A stretch of 64,000 nucleotides of DNA. Origin: Styela clava. Lineage: Eukaryota. How positions within the stretch are numbered: position 1 is the stretch's first letter; each line of letters starts with the position of its first letter. Below, piece by piece: positions 62,994 through 64,000 of this stretch. The notes under the pieces are model-generated. The model worked only from the letters and a program-made list of their open reading frames with translations. It had not been told where the DNA came from and did not search any database. Both the position numbers and the translations under genes were made by a program. Location: the NCBI RefSeq assembly GCF_964204865.1, contig NC_135253.1:20708001-20772000 (forward strand), given 5' to 3'.

Positions 62994-63744
62994 CGCAGTT
63001 CATTGAATAACAAACTGAAGGAAAAATAGTTTTTCATTTACAATTTTTTTGTCATGATCAAACACTTCATACCCGTCTCCAAAATCAGGTATTGAGCCAC
63101 ACAAAATCATACTTACTATATAACACTTTTCTATCACCAATATTTAAAACGACAGAATAAGCGATAAAAGATTGCATCAAATGTAGATTCCGTGGACCCG
63201 CCCAGGTCGTTCAGGTTGAGATAATTTAAATTTGAAAATCTTCATACTAGTTTTCCAAATTACTATGACGGCGAAAGACACGAACCAACTTGTTTGTTTG
63301 TTTTTCTCTTTTTGTGTGGAATGGAGAAGAATTTTTATTTATTTATTTTTGAATTGTAGGTGGATTTATATTTTAGAGATATAACGAACTAAGACATTTA
63401 TGAAAATGTTTGTCATTTATTTCTTCTTATATTCTTATCATCACTTCAGGAATTAAATATAAAATTTAAAAAAAATTCGATGACGATTCGAAAAGATTTC
63501 GCTTCTTTCAAAATAAACTAATTATTTGGATATTAGTGGCTGCATGCGCAGAGCCTTTTTAAGGGCGAAAGGCATACAAATACGTAGTACAGGGAATGCA
63601 GTAAAAGGTTTGGAATAATATTGACAACGAAACATATGTTTGAGAGGAAATAGAGCTTGAGCAAAGTGAAAATGGAGATTTATTGTTTCAATTAACTTGC
63701 CTGGAGTCCTTTTATTGCTTGAAAATTATACACCGATGTATACG

Positions 63745-63992
63745 GGTACTTCCGTAGTGCGTGTACCGGGTTAAGGTTAGATCATAATTTTATTCCGATT
63801 TTCCCTATTTAGTTCAATTACGTCTTTACGAGTTCGGGGACTGTTTACGTCTTTACGAGTTCGGGGACTGTCTGTGTGAGCCATGTGAATATATCCCCTG
63901 TCCATAGGCTTCCGTCCCTTTACACAACTTGATGTAAAGTAGGCAAACAAAATTAGATACCTCCATATTGGCACATACACTTCTGGAACACA
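63745..63992 (+). mobile_element. Merlin-like MITE type A with internal tandem duplication
   Basis: TACGTCTTTACGAGTTCGGGGACTGT occurs twice in tandem. Confidence 0.8.
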
Positions 63993-64000
63993 TCCGGAAT

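Overview
AT-rich, intron-containing animal genomic DNA. No prokaryotic features were seen (no operons, CRISPR arrays, rRNA or tRNA genes). By hand splicing I reconstructed 20 frame-compatible GT-AG exons (17659 to 1358, minus strand, 2330 nt, ~776 aa) of a rhodopsin-class GPCR. It has a signal peptide, ~11 LDL-receptor class A (LDLa) modules joined directly to an LGR/RXFP/GRL101-type 7TM domain with no leucine-rich repeats, and a long ECL2; TM5-7 lie beyond the left edge of the window. This architecture is known from ascidians, so the host is probably a tunicate (inference). The only other well-supported gene is an intronless TMEM243-like ORF (54445-54825, +). There is also a weak candidate secreted-protein gene at 43272. 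The rest is dense repeat: ~23 copies of a Merlin-like MITE family (GG termini, 8-bp TSDs) in three architectures carrying TTAGGG and YY1-like motifs, several hAT and Tc1/mariner MITE families, two decayed hAT (Buster/Charlie) transposases, a tRNA-derived SINE, HINE/DINE-like elements, nested insertions, a local duplication and a ~563-bp tandem array. Nearly all supplied ORFs are spurious or exon fragments.
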